A stretch of DNA of 64,000 nt, from positions 1 to 64,000 of the forward strand of contig QPGO01000269.1 of assembly GCA_008632985.1 (NCBI GenBank), read 5' to 3'. The stretch comes from Psammoneis japonica (taxonomy: Eukaryota). The number at the start of each line of letters is the position of its first letter. The stretch's first letter is position 1. Shown piece after piece: positions 24,383-37,200 of the stretch. A program made the translations under genes and the position numbers. The notes under the pieces are model-generated. The model did no database searches, was not told where the DNA came from, and was given only the letters and a program-made list of their open reading frames with translations.

Positions 24383-25439
24383 GGGCATTGAACCAACTAG
24401 AGTCAATCCCAAAACAAGACCTGGCACAAATTAAGACCCACGTGGGGCATGGCACAAACATGCACAGAATTTTCTGTTGGCAAAAAAAAATTGAGAGGCA
24501 TCGCGTTCAAAACAGCATGACGAGTGCATTTGATTGCCGCCCTTTTTGCCCCCCAGAAAAATCTTTGGCCCTTGCGGGGTCCATCTGTTCTCCAGTGCTG
24601 AAATCACATGGATTTCTGCATGGGTCTTAAATCACCACCTGCCCATCCGCATCGGCTCGTTGGACATTTTGGCTGGCGCACTGAAACCAATGAACCAACC
24701 AGATTTGAAAAAGAGGGTGGGATTTTTTTGTTGCAACTTCAATGAGATCTTTCATGTCCATGCACAAAAAGTTGCATTGTGTGTGCATGGAGAAATTTTG
24801 GTGGCTGATGATCTTTGGTGGGTCTCAATGTGTGATTGACTCTACATTGATGAAGTTGGAACAAAACAGAACAAAAACACACAAGGAGAATGACGGCACC
24901 ATGATGACAAGAATGCAGCCATGCCACAACAATGAGCCAAGCAGAGAACAAAAATCAATCACAATGTTAAAGTTGTGTGTGGCTTGTCCATTGACAACTT
25001 TGCCATGCAAGCAAATGCCACGGATTGACTGAGAGAATGTTCAAGAAAAATGCCAAGTCGCAACAAGACAAGTGTGGCGCACAATGCACCCCAACGCAGC
25101 AAGTGCCTCACATGTGACAAGGTTGTGGGTTGTTCTTAGATGAGATGCAGCCATGCACGCTTTTGTTGCATGAAAAAGCCACTTCTGGGTCATTTCGTGT
25201 GTCGGCTTGCTTGGGGGTGTGGTGTTTGGGGCATGATGTTTTTAGGGAACACTGTTCACCCCAGAACAGTTTTCCTCACAAAAGTTGGCATGGCCTAAAA
25301 TCACATCATGCATGGGGCTGACAACCACCAATTTTTTCTGAGAGGCTCATTTTTGGCACTGTGACATCAACAATCAAATGGAACAGAAGGACAACTCATG
25401 TTCACACTTGCAGGGGCCACAACAGAGGCAGCATGTTCA

Positions 25440-26460
25440 CTCAAAAGAGTGAAGAATTTGGCTGAACAACAGAGAGAATGAAGGCCCTGGAGACCAACTG
25501 GCATGGATGGAAGTGTTCTGGAGATGTGACAAGCAGATCATCAGTGGTGGCATGCAGAAACAATCATGCCAGATCTTGCACAAAAAAGCCAATGGGAGCA
25601 GCAAATGAATGACAATCAAATGACACCAAAGGATGACACTTGCACTTTTGCTGGAAAGGGCTGGAACAGAAGTGGCACTTTTGTCCAAGAGCAAAGGGCT
25701 TGACAGAACAGTGGAGAAAGGAAGTGGCATCAAAGACCAGCTGGCAAGGACAAAAAGCAGTCTGGAGATGTGACATGCTGATCATCAGCACTTTCTGTGG
25801 ATTTGCAAGGAATTTGCACTGGAAGCTGTGCACAAAATTTTCTGAGACAACAGAAAATTTCAAGAAACAACATCCAGCATGTGGGCCACAACAAGGCTTC
25901 AACACTTGTCATTTTCTGCTGGTGAGTGTTGCTCATCATGCTGCAATGAGGTCATGCCATTGGCAAATGTGGACAAAAACATCTGAGAAGGGCAACACCA
26001 GTGCAAGAAGTTGTGCAGACACCTGCACAGAAGCTGAGGGCATGTGGCTGATGTCAAAAAGTGACACACAATCACCCCAATTTGGTTGAGGAGGCAACAC
26101 AGGTGTTGGAAATGTGCAGAGCCACCAACAAGAAATCTGCGGACACAAGTTTTGCACAAATGAAAAAAAGCAGATCAAATGCTGGAAATGCAATGCATGT
26201 GAAGAGGAATTGTCCAACGGCAATGATGATGATCATTTCAATGATGGAGCTGGGTCATGTGGGCCACAGATGTTGGCAGAGTGGTCAAAAAGTGGTGCCA
26301 GACATGGCATGCTTTCCAAGTGTCACCCTCCTGCAGTCAGCGCACATGAGGCCAATCAATCAAAGGCTTGTGCAAAAGAGTGTGTTGGGACATTCAGGTG
26401 GCTGCAAGGCAGCTTTCGCAGGACAGACAGAAAATGTTGCAGTTTGCAGGACACACTGAC
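25440..26460 (+). mobile_element. Possible non-LTR (LINE) 3' fragment, heavily decayed
   Basis: FCGFARNLHWK...HPAC...NTCHFLL loosely resembles the LINE C-terminal zinc-knuckle region; TA/CG-depleted. Confidence 0.3.
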
Positions 26461-27512
26461 AATGGCCAATGATGTGGCAAATTTACACTGGTCACTCAGG
26501 TTGAGCTGCGGGTCTTGTGCTGACTTTCGGCTTCTGCTGCACCTGGTTCACATGACAATGGCAGTTGACAGCATCAAGAATGTGTTTGCGAGCCACAGGG
26601 TGAGCTTGCAGTTGGTGAGATCAAGGATGCACCAGTTGGCAAGCCACAACACTCCAACATGTGGGGGCACTTGCTTTGTCCATTTGTTCAGCTCACAGAA
26701 GTTGCCAATGCACTGCACTGCCATTTGGTTGATTTTTTCACTTTTTCAGCAAACTCCACATCTTTGCACTTCTGTCATTTGTCATCAGAGTCAAGTGAGC
26801 TGCAAAGACAGAATGGTCAAGCTGAGTTCTCCTTTGGGGAAATTGTGAGCACTGTGTAAATGGCATCATTGCAAACCTGGCCAGATGCCTGACAGAGCAC
26901 TGTCAGTCTTCAAAACATCTGTGGATGCTTGTTCATCCTTGTGCCCACAGAGATCCCATCATGGAGGACATCACTGCTTGAGCCAGGAACACCACACAAG
27001 ATTTCTCTGGGAGCAGATCTTGAAAGGCCTTGCACAAAACCCCTCATCATGTTGCCAATGGCTTGTCTCAAAGTTGAAGATGAAAACAATCTGCTGGCAC
27101 ATGCAACGCAGCAAGATCAAAGACCAAAATGCTCAGATGCGGCAATGCTGAGCACCTTTTGGCGCCATCGTTCAGCACCACACATGTGGTGATGGCAGCA
27201 CAACAGTGCAAAGTGGCACAGATGACAGCGCCAGCTGGGCACACAGCAAAATGTGAAGAGGTCAAAGCCAAAAGGTGTCAGGCAGGCCCCATCAGTTGCC
27301 AACATTTTTGTGCCGCAACAGATCACACAACAACACACAACATGTGTCAGACATCCGAGACGGGGAGTGCACTCCCTTTGTGTCAGACTGACTGGCACAG
27401 ACAGACAGGAGAGATCCAATCATCTCTCCTTTGCTCACTTTTTTTCTCCTCCAGCACATGATTGGCATCTGCCCCAGACATCATTAGATCATCCCAACAC
27501 CAGCAGCCCGCA

Positions 27513-28278
27513 AACATGGAATTCTTCTGCAGAACCAAACACCAGCAGCCGCAGCTTGTCAGCTGCTTCCGGTTTGTGTCAGCTGACTTTTGTGCGCAAA
27601 CCAGCATGTTGTTTTTTCAGAAAAAAATGGAGATGCACAAACATGCAAAATTTGGCTGTGGCACCTGTCACATTGCATTGAACGCCAGTCTGAAAAAAAA
27701 TGCCCAAGCGAGAGCTGCGAGGAGAGAGAGAGACAGTTGGTGGTGAATTTTTTGTTGGCTGGGGGCTGTGTGCACACATGAGGAGTTCACATTCAATGTT
27801 GCCTGGTGGTGCAGTGTGGATGATGGATGCTGCAGCAGGGTGAAGAAGCTGGGTCTCATGCAGGTGGGTCTGGGAAATGGGCTGGGTTTTGGGGGGTGGG
27901 GTGGGGGGTGACAAGGGGTGCATGTGCAGCTTGGCATGGAGCAGTGAGAGCAAGTTGGTCAGCAATGGAATTGGCAATCACAAGGAGGGTGAAGCTCTGG
28001 AGGTTCCACTGGAGTGGCGTGGTGGAGTGATGAAGAATGATGAGCCTGAAGTGGGTTGTGGATGAAGAAGCATTTTTCGCTCCATGCTGTGGTGGCAGCT
28101 AGAAAGATGGCAGAGGGAGAGTGTTGGGTGCAGGTGTGTGCAGCATGGGCTGCCGGGTGCTGGAAGGAGGATTCAGAATTTCAAGGTGGAGCCGGGTGAG
28201 CTGGGATCTGCTGCTGCTGCTGATGATGATGATGGTCGGCACCGAACTGCAGCGGCGGTGGACAAAGCATCCGGGGGC
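27513..28278 (+). repeat. ~770-bp direct repeat, copy B
   Basis: Colinear with 21466-22239; ends about 190 bp before the GST start codon. Confidence 0.88.
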
Positions 28279-28471
28279 GGGATGAGGAGGCAAGAAGATG
28301 CCCGCTTGCGGTTCTGTCGAGAGACGCACGTCCCCCAAAACTGCCACGTCATCATTCCCACGTGCTCACTTTTTTTCTGTCATCTTTCTCGGTTCTCGGC
28401 ACAAACATTGTCTCTCTCTACATATTACAAGTACTAGCAAGCAATAAGACAGTCTTCCAACAACACCAGTG

Positions 28472-30142
28472 ATGCTGTCAATTCGACTACTTCTTCCTCA
28501 GCTATTGCTTCTTTCGAGATGCCTAGTAGTCTTTGGCTTTGTTGCAACGCCGCACTACCATGCCAGCATTACGCGCGCAACAACATCCTCCTCTACTTGT
28601 TTGCATGTGGATGGCAAGGGCATGGCGGGCGGTACACAACACTTGGTGGGTGATGTGATTCGTGCTTTACAGCCACGTTATCTTGATCAAGTCAAGAATG
28701 CCATGGTGGGTAATTTGCAAGGACCCGCCGAGCTGGATCTGTCGGGTCTGGTCGACAATGCCCCGACGTGGGAGGAATTGAAGCAAAAGAAACAATTGCC
28801 AACAACAAACGACAATAACGACAAGAAAAATTCAGCCAAGGCTACGGAACGATTATTTGGTGCCAAGGAACCAGTCATGAAGTTATACCGCGATTCGGCA
28901 TCGTGGTGTCCGTATTGTCAAAAGGTCTGGATTACCTTGGAAGAAAAACAAGTTCCGTACGTTGTGGAGAAGGTCGACATGCGGTGCTATGGCAATGGCA
29001 AGCCGTCGGAATTTCTTGCTCTTCAACCCAATGGTAACCTTCCTTGTGCCGTGTTGCTTGATACAAACGAGGTGATTTCAGAGTCGGATCATATTATTGA
29101 TGTTGTGGACAGGTTGGGTGAACCGGGGACTCCCGTGTTGCGACCACCCGAGGCCAAGGAGAGAATGGTGTACTTGTGCGATGACGGACGATACAATTCG
29201 TTGGAACGGAGATTGTACCTTTCTTGGATGTGGTGGTTGACTGGGTCGAGAAGGCCGGAAGAATACAAACAAAATTATGTAACCTTGCTGGATGAATTGG
29301 AAGAGGCACTAGCGGAAGAATCGAGCGGACCCTTCTTTCTTGGGAGAGAAATTTCCTTGGCCGACATTAAGTTTATACCCTTTATGGAACGACAAATTGC
29401 ATCCTTTGCCTATTACAAGGGATTCGAAATTCGTGATGCAACAGAACGACCGAATCTAGTAAAGTGGCTTCAAGCCATGGAGAGTCGGCCGTCCTATCAA
29501 GCAACCAAGAGCGACTATTATACGCACAGCCAAGCGTTGCCTCCACAAATATCGGGGCCCATGAAACCGGATTCAACAGCGGAAGCAACAGCGTTTCAGT
29601 CTCGTATCGATGCCTTGCCACGAGGCGATGCAGCTACCAATAACGACGACAATGATTGGATGGAACCCGGCTGGGACTGGTGTAACAACCCAAAAGACGC
29701 GAGATTCGAAGCGGCCACGAATGTCTTGAACAATCACGAGAATATTTGCAAGTTTGCCGCACGTTCCGCCGGTACGCCCGGATTTCCGGCGGCATCCGCA
29801 CCGCTTGCCGATCCTAGTGCAGTTAGCAACAGTGAGGCCTTTTCTGCTGTGGATGTGTTTTTGCGACACATTGTGAGCTCTTTGTTGGGCACATCCAATC
29901 GCTCTTCTATCGGAGCACCTGCTGCTGCTGCCGCCGCTGCGGCAAATCTTGACCAAGAAACATCCGTGATTGTTGCAGATTGTCTAGACTATCTGCGAGC
30001 ACGGGTTGGTGTCCCACGGGACATGTCTCACCCTGCCGCGCAAGAACTGAGAGCGGAACTCAAGGCCATTTCATCCATGCTTCGATCGAAAACAGAGGCC
30101 GTTGCACAAGAAACTGCAAACGCTACTGCGGCAGTTCGGTAA
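28472..30142 (+). CDS. Cys-type glutathione S-transferase (omega/lambda-like), probably plastid-targeted
   Basis: WCPYCQKVWITLEEKQVPY thioredoxin-fold motif; GPFFLG..ISLADI C-terminal domain motif; signal peptide ending VFG-F followed by S/T-rich transit-like peptide. Confidence 0.9.
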   Translation: MLSIRLLLPQLLLLSRCLVVFGFVATPHYHASITRATTSSSTCLHVDGKGMAGGTQHLVGDVIRALQPRYLDQVKNAMVGNLQGPAELDLSGLVDNAPTWEELKQKKQLPTTNDNNDKKNSAKATERLFGAKEPVMKLYRDSASWCPYCQKVWITLEEKQVPYVVEKVDMRCYGNGKPSEFLALQPNGNLPCAVLLDTNEVISESDHIIDVVDRLGEPGTPVLRPPEAKERMVYLCDDGRYNSLERRLYLSWMWWLTGSRRPEEYKQNYVTLLDELEEALAEESSGPFFLGREISLADIKFIPFMERQIASFAYYKGFEIRDATERPNLVKWLQAMESRPSYQATKSDYYTHSQALPPQISGPMKPDSTAEATAFQSRIDALPRGDAATNNDDNDWMEPGWDWCNNPKDARFEAATNVLNNHENICKFAARSAGTPGFPAASAPLADPSAVSNSEAFSAVDVFLRHIVSSLLGTSNRSSIGAPAAAAAAAANLDQETSVIVADCLDYLRARVGVPRDMSHPAAQELRAELKAISSMLRSKTEAVAQETANATAAVR

Positions 30143-30221
30143 CAAAAGGCGTAGAGCGTAGAGATATAAACTAGCATTTCTCCTTTTACATTTTACTTTA
30201 TTGTTGTAAACTCTCTAAAAA

Positions 30222-31550
30222 TCACGGCACTACAATTTCTGCTGCTCTCTTCCATTTTGTCGATGCTGCATTGGCCTCTCGCATGAGAACATCCAACTGA
30301 ATCTTGACCGATCCTTGACAGTAGTCTTCATTGTCGAGTGGATCCAAAAACACCTTGGACAAGTCCAATAGTCCGTGGTAGAAAAACGTCAAGACACCCA
30401 CGGAAAGGATGGAGAAATCGCCGAGTTCTGCATAGAGAGCAAAGGGTGCAAAGAGTAGAAATAAATCAACCAGCAACTGGACTAAATGAGCATATGCTAG
30501 TGGCATTCTGCCGGCCAGCCGACTGCTAATGCCACCATAAGCGCCCCTCAGAGCACAAAGCTTATCCATGATTAATGCGTGCAATCCCGTGGCTGTCCCG
30601 ATAAATATTCTGTCATCCTGCAATCCATCTCGCACCGAAATCATGATCCATTCCAAAAAGGCCGTTTGCAACTGCGTCGGGCTCAAATCCAATTGTTTCA
30701 AAGCTTCGTATTGTTCTTGGGTAATCACATTGCGTTCCATCATTCGTCTCATTCCAGACGGCGTCAGCAAGACGCGGTATTCTCGCGCACAACTTGCCCA
30801 ATGCAATATATGAAAGGCACGCATTTTTTGTGCCACGCTAGTCAACAAATCATTGGCTTGTCGTGTGTAGCCGCCGCCGGTGCGTCGATTGCGTGTGGCG
30901 TGCGTTGCGAGAAGAAGGGACATGTCATTTAAACGACCCTGAATCGACCGTCCCATGCTGTACACATCCTTCCACAATTTATACGATTCTCCCAAAAAGA
31001 AGGTCAAGGTAAAGGTTGTAATGGTCATGATGTACTTCCACACTTTGGAAAAGACTTCCAATCTTGCAATCATGACATGAGAGCTTGCATCAGGAGCGAG
31101 ACCGATGGCCCATGTGCCACCCGTTTTTCGTTTAATCGCTACACAGAGACACGTGGTGGCAAGCATGTGAAACAATACGGAGGGCAAGACTTCACTCAAG
31201 ACGGTTCCTCTCCAACGAGTCCACAGCCAAAGCCGATTGGGTTGAATGGGTCGAAAAATGTCTCCACCCTTGGTCCCCGTGACTTGATCGAGGACCAAAT
31301 CAATGTCGTGTGTCGATGTTATTTGATCCAATTGTTCCAACGTCATTTTGTCCTTGTGTTTTTGTTTCAAAGTTACTTTTTGAATATTGTTGTTTTGGGG
31401 GGATTTTGCTCGCGCATCATCCAAGAGACATCGTGTGTTTGCATGACCTTTTCGCCGGAACGCCGCAGTCGCATGGTTTGCAATTATCAGTGCTAAAAGC
31501 AACAGCCAGGAAGTGACCATGAAAAATAGGCTGGGTCTTGAACGCTTCAT
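30222..31550 (-). CDS. Bestrophin-family anion channel, probably plastid-targeted
   Basis: TFTLTFFLGESYKLW, MPLAYAHLVQ and FLDPLDNED motifs; signal peptide ending ATAA-F. Confidence 0.85.
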   Translation of the reverse strand: MKRSRPSLFFMVTSWLLLLALIIANHATAAFRRKGHANTRCLLDDARAKSPQNNNIQKVTLKQKHKDKMTLEQLDQITSTHDIDLVLDQVTGTKGGDIFRPIQPNRLWLWTRWRGTVLSEVLPSVLFHMLATTCLCVAIKRKTGGTWAIGLAPDASSHVMIARLEVFSKVWKYIMTITTFTLTFFLGESYKLWKDVYSMGRSIQGRLNDMSLLLATHATRNRRTGGGYTRQANDLLTSVAQKMRAFHILHWASCAREYRVLLTPSGMRRMMERNVITQEQYEALKQLDLSPTQLQTAFLEWIMISVRDGLQDDRIFIGTATGLHALIMDKLCALRGAYGGISSRLAGRMPLAYAHLVQLLVDLFLLFAPFALYAELGDFSILSVGVLTFFYHGLLDLSKVFLDPLDNEDYCQGSVKIQLDVLMREANAASTKWKRAAEIVVP

Positions 31551-31929
31551 TGGTTCTAAAATGACAATTAGAGCTGAAAGCTACCAGACGTCTCATTCAG
31601 GATGTTTCTCTTGCTCTTTGCTTGTTGCCTGCACAAGTTGTGTCGATCGATGTTGACGTTGTGGGTTGGTATCTTTTTCTGAAAAGTTTCATGTTTCCTT
31701 TAGATCTGTATATGCAATATTAGATATTTTGGTTTCCTAAGTATCTTTTTATGTGTTATTTATTCGCTAATACATGAAAATATTTCCAACGGCTTTTGTC
31801 GGACTCTCGTGCGTGCATACTCGAATAAATTTTGTTTCCTTCACTTTGCTGCCGTGATTTTTGTTCTCAGAACTCACTCTGGCCATGATGATTGCTTTGA
31901 TCTTCAGTATTTGACAAAACACCACAAAC

Positions 31930-33027
31930 ATGGATGAGAAGGAATCATGTTGTATAGAGATCGAGAAGGAAGGTTCATTCTCAAAACAAAAGAAATCTGC
32001 ACCATCCTGGGAGAATTCGATTGGCAACACGGCGACTGTTATTTTCGTCATGATGATGTTGCATGAGCTCGCCGTGGAAAACGCCAGTCGAACGTTTGGT
32101 AAACAACTAAACATTCTTCCGTATTCAGTGGCTCTGTCTCAACACGGATGTTGTTTTTTATTGCCATGGATTGTGTTTCGAAAGCAAGAAGAATTTTCGT
32201 TCCAACAAGCAAGTTCCCCCGGTCGACCGATCATTATTCCTCTGGCTGTGACCATGGTGAGCGCTTCCGTTCTATGCAGCATGTCACTCCGATATGTATC
32301 GTACCCGACCAAAATTGTGTTCAAGTCAACCGCACAACTGTTTTCACCAATCTTGTCGTTCGCGTCACGTCGAGACCCGATTCTGACATTCTTGGCGATC
32401 ATCATGGTGTTGGTTGGAATGGCGGGATATGGTATGGATGAATTGGAGTATGGTGATGATGCTACAAGTTTGTTTGGATGGCTTCAAAACAATTGCTTTG
32501 GTCTCTTGCTCTTGACTACAAGTCTTGTGTGTGACGCCTGGGCGTTTAAACTTCGACAGGATTTGGTGGATGCCAGAAACGACAACGGCAATAACGAAAA
32601 GACAATACACACAACAGAGCAACCCACATCATTATGGATACAGTCCATGATACTTTGTCATGGGATTGGATTTGGAATTTTATCCTTGGGTTTGATATTG
32701 ACGGGTCAAGTGTCGACGCTCTTTTCCTTTTGTTGCTTGCACAACAACTTGACAATGTCGCTCCTTATGCTCGGAATTAGTTTGTCGTGCGCCATTATGG
32801 CTACAAATCATCAACAACAAAATCAATCGAGCTGTATCAGTTTGACTACTCGAAATTTTCTTTCCACGGTACAAAAGACGGCATCCGTGGGCTTGTCGTT
32901 TTGGGTATTTCCCAAGGCGTTGCTATCCAATCACATCTATGGTGGCATTTCCGTCTTGGCTGGAACGGCACTCTTGTTTACCAACACGCGACAAGACGAA
33001 AAACGAATAGAAGCGCCAATATTATAA
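31930..33027 (+). CDS. Nucleotide-sugar/PAPS transporter, UAA (SLC35B)-like, divergent
   Basis: SLRYVSYPTKIVFKS signature; ~9-10 hydrophobic segments. Confidence 0.8.
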   Translation: MDEKESCCIEIEKEGSFSKQKKSAPSWENSIGNTATVIFVMMMLHELAVENASRTFGKQLNILPYSVALSQHGCCFLLPWIVFRKQEEFSFQQASSPGRPIIIPLAVTMVSASVLCSMSLRYVSYPTKIVFKSTAQLFSPILSFASRRDPILTFLAIIMVLVGMAGYGMDELEYGDDATSLFGWLQNNCFGLLLLTTSLVCDAWAFKLRQDLVDARNDNGNNEKTIHTTEQPTSLWIQSMILCHGIGFGILSLGLILTGQVSTLFSFCCLHNNLTMSLLMLGISLSCAIMATNHQQQNQSSCISLTTRNFLSTVQKTASVGLSFWVFPKALLSNHIYGGISVLAGTALLFTNTRQDEKRIEAPIL

Positions 33028-33178
33028 TGGGGATGAAAATACTTTTTAAATATGCATTCTATAACTCAAAAGGAGCTTATATATACAGCAAAATAACAGA
33101 AGCTCTTTGACACGACTCTTTGATACACGCCGCGCTGTTAACCTTGTCGTCCCCATTGATTTTCAGTCTACCTCTTCT

Positions 33179-33805
33179 TTATACCCATTGTTTCTTCTTT
33201 TCCATATACAGCTTGACTTGTTCTCGTAGCTGCAGGGCACACACTATAAATTGGTGTAAATCGTCCTTGAGTTCGGTATAATGCGGTGGATTCCGTTCTG
33301 CCATCGAACCAAACGACAATTGGAAATAATTCTCTTGATACAAAACATTAATCTTGTCGCTCTGCATGGTCGATTGGACCATGTTGTTCCATTCTACAAG
33401 AGTTTCATCCATATCATCATCCTTGTCATTGTTATACACTTCAACAGTCTCATCATGCAACAATGTTTTTGTGGAAATGTTCAAAGTACCGTTTTGTTGT
33501 TGTTGCGTCAAATCAATCGACAAACCATTGTATTGAAGTGTAAAGCTTCCGACACAATCCAAAGCTAAATCCACTTGTCGTAAATGATTATTTAAAAAAT
33601 CAAACAAGGATTGTCTTCGATGATGGAAAGGTCGAAGTCGCAACGACGACGAGGATTTTGGTGGTGCCAGTCCCTCGCTCTCACCACGACTCAGTTTTTT
33701 CGTCAACAACAACGACTTGTTTGGATTGTTGTTTTGTGAATCATCCAACGTAAGTTCATTGTTGGAATTCATTTTCTCTTTGGACGACACACTGTTGGGT
33801 GGCAT
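33179..33805 (-). CDS. Hypothetical protein, 208 aa
   Basis: ATG-initiated ORF in unique DNA with normal composition; no motif recognised. Confidence 0.65.
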   Translation of the reverse strand: MPPNSVSSKEKMNSNNELTLDDSQNNNPNKSLLLTKKLSRGESEGLAPPKSSSSLRLRPFHHRRQSLFDFLNNHLRQVDLALDCVGSFTLQYNGLSIDLTQQQQNGTLNISTKTLLHDETVEVYNNDKDDDMDETLVEWNNMVQSTMQSDKINVLYQENYFQLSFGSMAERNPPHYTELKDDLHQFIVCALQLREQVKLYMEKKKQWV

Positions 33806-34253
33806 GTTACATAATGATGAATGAATGAGTGTTGTGGTGCTCTTGCAGAAACAATAATAGACACCGTGTCGCTTCGCAAGCTGTCAAGAACAACGCCGAA
33901 TTTTCAAACATGGCACGATTGACACAACCGCGGTTTATTTTTTTTTGTCGGTCGTGACTGATTTTTCTGTCCGTCGACCGAATTTGTCTGTTCACCTCCA
34001 CGTGGCGACGATGAATCATCGATCTTTCAAGAGAGAGCTCGAGCACGGACGAAATGACGAGAGAAAAAGATCGCAAGCAAACTCGCACCTCGCACTCGCC
34101 GCCGGTCATTGTTGCTGTGTGGGTGCGGCGCGATAGTTGTTGTGGTTGTTGGCTGTTGGTGGTATACAGTATTGCTTTCGGTTGTGTCATACACCGAGTT
34201 GGAGTTGCTATTGCTGATTGAGTCCTTGACAGTGTCTCTCTTTTGTTTCCATC

Positions 34254-37200
34254 ATGTCGGGTTCGACCACAGAAACGACTCCTCAGTCGTCATCATCGTC
34301 GCAAGCATTGAATCAGTTGTTGCATCTCGTCTATTGGGTCTTGATTGCACTCGGCTTTTACAGTGCTTTGCTTGCAGCATATGAGATTCGTCTCTATGCA
34401 CTCAAGGAGTATGGTATTGTCATTCACGAGTTTGATCCGTATTTCAATTACCGTGCTACCGAGTATCTCTGGGAACACGGTTGGAACGCCTTCAAAACAT
34501 GGTTTGATTACATGGTTTGGTATCCACTCGGACGGCCTGTGGGGACAACGATTTATCCAGGAATGCAAGTCACGGCGGTCTTTCTCAAGAGCTACATCTT
34601 TCCGTCGTGGAGTGTCAATGATATTTGTTGCTACATTCCCACGTGGTTTGGAGTGTTGGCTACCGCATCCACGGCCGCATTGTGCTTTGCGTGTTGCAGT
34701 GAAGACGGCGTGTACACGAGTGTTTTGGAGGAAATTCCAATCATTTCGTCCATTTACAAGCTGCTTGCCAAGTTGGGATGCATTGTGTTAAAGTTGATTG
34801 CAAAGTACACGGGTTCTACGTGGGGACTTGTGGCGAGTGAAAAAAAGAAATCGTCCAGCCCGGCATTGGAGAGCGCTCTGTTTACGGCCTGTATCATGTC
34901 GATTGTACCGGCTCACTTGATGAGAAGTGTCGGGGGTGGTTACGACAATGAAAGTGTCGCTACAACCGCCATGGTGACAACCTTTGCCTGTTGGGTCCAG
35001 TCCTTGCATACGGTTTCCCAGAGGTGGAAAACACTCCTTTGGGGCACACTGACGGGCGTTGCCTACTTTTACATGGTGGCCGCCTGGGGTGGGTATGTCT
35101 TTGTCCTGAATCTTGTTGGGTTGCATGCTGCATTCTTGGTGGGAATGGGACGGTATTCGACCAAACTCTATTGTGCTTACACCATGTTTTACGTGGTTGG
35201 AACAACGCTGGCGATTCAAGTACCCGTCGTGGGATGGACACCCCTCAAGAGTTTGGAACAACTCGGACCACTCGGGGTGTTTGGTATTCTCCAAGTCTTA
35301 CAACTCTGTCGATTCATTCAAGAAAAGCGGTACAAGAACAACTTGACGCAAACACAGGTTTGGATGTTGCGCGGCACCGTCCTGCTGGCATGCATGGTGT
35401 TGGCATCGCCCGTGGCGTACTATTTGTGGAGCATTGGTTACTTTGGTCCCATTTCGGCTCGAGTCCGTGGATTGTTTGTCAAGCACACTCGTACCGGCAA
35501 TCCCCTCGTGGACAGTGTCGCCGAACACCAAGCCGCCTCGGCGGGGGCCTACTTTCAATACCTCGATGCCATTTGTTACATTGCTCCCGTCGGATTCTTG
35601 TGGATTGCCTTGAGGAAATTCAGTGACTCATCGAGTTTTCTCTTGATTTACGGAGGCGCCACGTATTACTTTTCTCATCGCATGGTGCGTCTCATTCTAC
35701 TCACGGCGCCCATTGCGTCCGTCTTGGGAGGGATTGCACTCGGACACTTTTGGTCGTGGTGCATGGTGTCGAGTGTCTTTTCGCAAGACAACAAACCCAA
35801 TCTGTGGGGGTGGTATGATAGTCTTGTGAGCACAAAGACGCAAGACAAGGAGAAGAAAAATGGAAACAAAGCAGTCAAGGAGGATGAGCTTGTCGCGTGT
35901 GATAATCTCGTTGCACGTGCACTTCGTGTCTTGTTGGCGTGGGTTGTCTTTACCATGTATATCAAGCCGTTTGCATTCGACTTTTATACGAAATCCCATG
36001 AGATTGCAAAGCAACTGAGTCATCCTTCCATTATTCAAAAGGCGCAGCTGCGGACCGGCCAAGAGGTTCTCGTTGATGATTATCGCGATGCGTATTTTTG
36101 GCTTCGAGACAACACTCCGGAGGACGCTCGCATCATGGCATGGTGGGATTATGGCTATCAAATTACAGCCATGGCGAACCGCACCACCATTGCCGACGGC
36201 AACACGTGGAATCACGAACACATTGCGTTGCTGGGACGTGCTCTGACGTCTCCCGAACGGGATGGACACCGGATTGCCCGGCATTTGGCAGACTATGTCT
36301 TGCTTTGGACCGGTGGTGGTGGTGATGATTTGGCAAAGAGTCCGCATTTGGCGAGAATTGCAAACTCCGTCTATCGGCACATGTGTCCCGGAGATCCGAC
36401 GTGCCGGTCTTTTGGAATGACGGTATGTAACTATGTGGCTGTGTCTTGTTGATTCGTCTCACAGAATGTGTAACTAATAAGCGATCTGTTCTTTGTTTGC
36501 GTTGGATAATTACAGCGCGATGGGACGCCGACGCCAATGATGGCTGCAAGTCTGCTTTACAAGCTTCATAGTCATCAGCTGGTACCGGGTGTTGAAGCTG
36601 ATCGGAATCGGTAAGTTAGTTGTTGGTTCTTGCTTTTCTATCTCTTGTTGCCATCTTTCACAGGTTCTTACGACTTTGATATTGTCCTCCATGTCAACTC
36701 TCTAGGTTCAAGGAAGTGTACAAGAGCCAATACGGCAAGGTTCGGATCTTCAAGATTCTAAGCGTATCCAAGGAATCCAAAGATTGGATCATTGCGAATC
36801 GTGTCTGTGACGCTCCCGGTAGCTGGTATTGTCCAGGTCAATATCCTCCGGCGCTTCAAAAGATTCTCAAGGAAAAGAAGGACTTTCGTCAATTGGAAGA
36901 TTTCAATGTCGATCGCGAGCACGACGCCGAATACCAGAAGAAATATATGGAGCATCTAAAGTGAGTTGTGCAGAGTTGTTGTGACGTGACTTGATTCCTA
37001 TTTTATTTGATTGGTTTCCTCACTAACCAAACGAAAATGATTCGCATCTTTCCAATCCCCAGCAACCCCGAAAAGGCCAAGCAACAAGCCATGGGGGATA
37101 TGAAAGCCAGGGGTTCCTCTTCTGAAATGAAGAAACTTTCTCAGCCCGAAATCGATCGCATCAACCAAAAATGGGAGGATAATGAAATGTCGACGGCAAT

